This document shows, one piece after another, positions 62,045 to 64,000 of a stretch of DNA of 64,000 nt (position 1 is its first letter; each line of letters starts with the position of its first letter). Position numbers and translations under genes: made by a program. The DNA is taken from positions 72,790,001-72,854,000 of the forward strand of contig NC_086097.1 in NCBI RefSeq assembly GCF_963921235.1, read 5' to 3'. Under the pieces are notes generated by a model, which saw only the letters and a program-made list of their open reading frames with translations, had not been told where the DNA came from and ran no database searches. This DNA comes from Mobula hypostoma (lineage: Eukaryota).

Positions 62045-62425
62045 TTCAAAGCTCAAAGGAAATTTATTATCAAAGTACATATATGTTACCAAATACTACC
62101 CCGAGATTCATTTTCTTGCAGGTATTCACAGATTAAGAAAGAAATACAATAGAATCAATGAAAAACTACACACAAACGGCGACTGGCAACTAACCAATGT
62201 GCAAAGGAAGACAAACTTTTCAATTATAAACAAACAAATAAATAAATAGCCAAATAAATAAATAAATAGGTAAATAATGCACAGAAAGTCAGTTATAGCG
62301 CACTTGAAATTGAGTCTATAGATTATGTTCAGTGTTGTAGTAAGTGAAGTTGTCCACGTTGGTTCAGGAGCCTGATGGTTGAAAGATCGTAACTGTTCCT
62401 GAACCTGGTGGTATAGGACTATACT
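62045..62425 (-). mobile_element. Rex1/Babar 3' tail
   Basis: Matches 21574-21970. Confidence 0.8.
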
Positions 62426-62929
62426 CAGCCTTTGCAAGCTCTGACAGTTCTGGTCCTTCACCTTGGGTTGCCTTCAATGTCAGCAATATTACTTGAGTTG
62501 CTGTTGCATCTTTAATGCAACAAATTAATATTTCACAGGAACATTTACTAATAGTCATGGAAGAAGATATTGGGGCCTTTGAAACTGAACCCTTGAGAGA
62601 ATAACTTAAAAATAGACAGAATGGAGAGTTTAGTGAGAGAATTCCAAACTTAGTGGCTTGATAAAGACACTAAACGCAGAGCCATCAGCAGTGAATAAAT
62701 TAATTATGGAGATGTCCAAAAGGCATGAATTGGAAATATATTGAAGGGTTTGGGGGTCTCATGAGATTTTAGTGATGAGATGACGTAAGAATTTGGAAGG
62801 GAAGATAAGAACATTAAAATTATGGTGTCGCTGATGTAGTTGGATTATGGGTGAACAGGACCTAGTGTAAGTTGCAGTAGGGGTAGCAGGATTTATGAAG
62901 AGTTAGACAAACTGAGTCTAGATACAGAA

Positions 62930-63443
62930 CATCAGGAGCAGCGGGCTGGCTGCTGGCTGTGTGTCCAGAGACCTGAGCCTTTCTGGGGCCGACTCTCTGG
63001 GCGCAGAGCTCGGAAAAAGCGATGCAACAGACTTTTATCATAAACCAGCAAGTTGTTTGTTATATCTCCCCTCTCGTTGAGAAACAGGGACACCTCTTTT
63101 CCCATTATTAGGGAGAGAGAGAGAGCCTGTGGTATGTCGATCACCAGGTGAATGAGTAGCTTTTGGGATAGTGCAAGTCTGTGTCTTTATTAATGCTTTG
63201 CTGCACTTTTCAGTGCTCGGTGGAGGGCGCCGATGCTTTTTGGCTGGTGGGGGAAGGCATTGTTGCTTTGTTGTTGCTTATGTGTGGAAGAGGGGAGCTG
63301 GGGGGTTCTTTGGGGTTCTAACATTTAACTGTCATTCATCCTTTGGGGCACTCCTCTGCTTTCATGGATGTTTGCAAAGAAAAAGAATTTCATGATGTAT
63401 ATTGTATACATTTCTCCGACATTAAATGTACCCATTGAAACCA
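62930..63443 (+). mobile_element. Family X retroposon, 5'-truncated copy
   Basis: Reverse complement of 50930-51420. Confidence 0.85.
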
Positions 63444-63459
63444 AGATAGAAAGAAGAGC

Positions 63460-64000
63460 AATACACACGAAATGGTGGTGGAACTCAGCAGGCCAGGCAA
63501 CATCTAGAAAAAGGGTACAGTCAACATTTCAGGCCGCAACTTTTTGGCAGGACCGGAGAAAAAATCTGAGGAATAGATTTAAAAGGTGGGGGGAGGGGAG
63601 AGAGACACACAAGGTGATAGGTGAAACCTGGAGGAAGAAGGATGAGGTAGAGAGCTGGGAAGCTGATTGGTGAAAGAGGCAGAAGGTCATGGAGGAAAGA
63701 AAGGGGAGAAGGAGCAACAGAGGGAGGTGATGAGTGGCCAAGGAGATAAGGTGAGAGAGGGAAAAGGGGATGGAGAATGGTGAAGGTGGGGGGCATTTCT
63801 GGAAGTTTAAGAAATCGATGTTCATTGCATCAGGTTGGCAGCTACCCAAATGGAATATAAGGTATTATTCCTCCAACCTAAGTATGGCCTCATCTCAACA
63901 GTGGAGGAGGTCATGGATGGACATATTGGAATGGAAATGGAAAGTGGAATTAAAATGGGTGGCTACTGGGAGATCGTGTTTGTTCTGGTGGGCAGAGCAT
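63460..64000 (-). mobile_element. Penelope pLTR and GIY-YIG end, running off the window
   Basis: GAACTCAGCAGGCCAGGCAACATCTA, a degenerate hammerhead at about 63518-63553, GGTTGGCAGCTACCCAAATGGAATATAAGG. Confidence 0.88.

Overview
This is repeat-dense eukaryotic, vertebrate-type DNA, mostly nested and decayed transposable elements. The mix of CR1 LINEs, Penelope elements, V-SINEs, Rex1/Babar and RTE LINEs, Gypsy LTR relics, Tc1 and pogo/Tigger suggests a cartilaginous fish such as a ray; this is inference only. No complete host gene, rRNA, tRNA or CRISPR array is visible. Almost all listed ORFs are TE fragments or their antisense shadows. Main points: (1) Penelope pseudo-LTRs carry minimal hammerhead ribozymes, including a TSD-flanked internally deleted copy with two hammerheads 789 nt apart. 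(2) A ~470-bp unit of two inverted mini-MITE hairpins flanking captured DNA looks like a composite transposon. (3) A non-coding retroposon family with four copies shares the Rex/Babar tail. (4) A full-length IR/DR DD34E Tc1 is present. (5) An internally deleted Tigger contains a ~100-bp-arm hairpin. (6) Three small phase-compatible candidate + strand exons of an unidentified gene lie at 21.4, 26.8 and 30.6 kb. Boundaries of decayed repeats are approximate unless TSDs or TIRs are quoted. All calls were made by eye with no database search.
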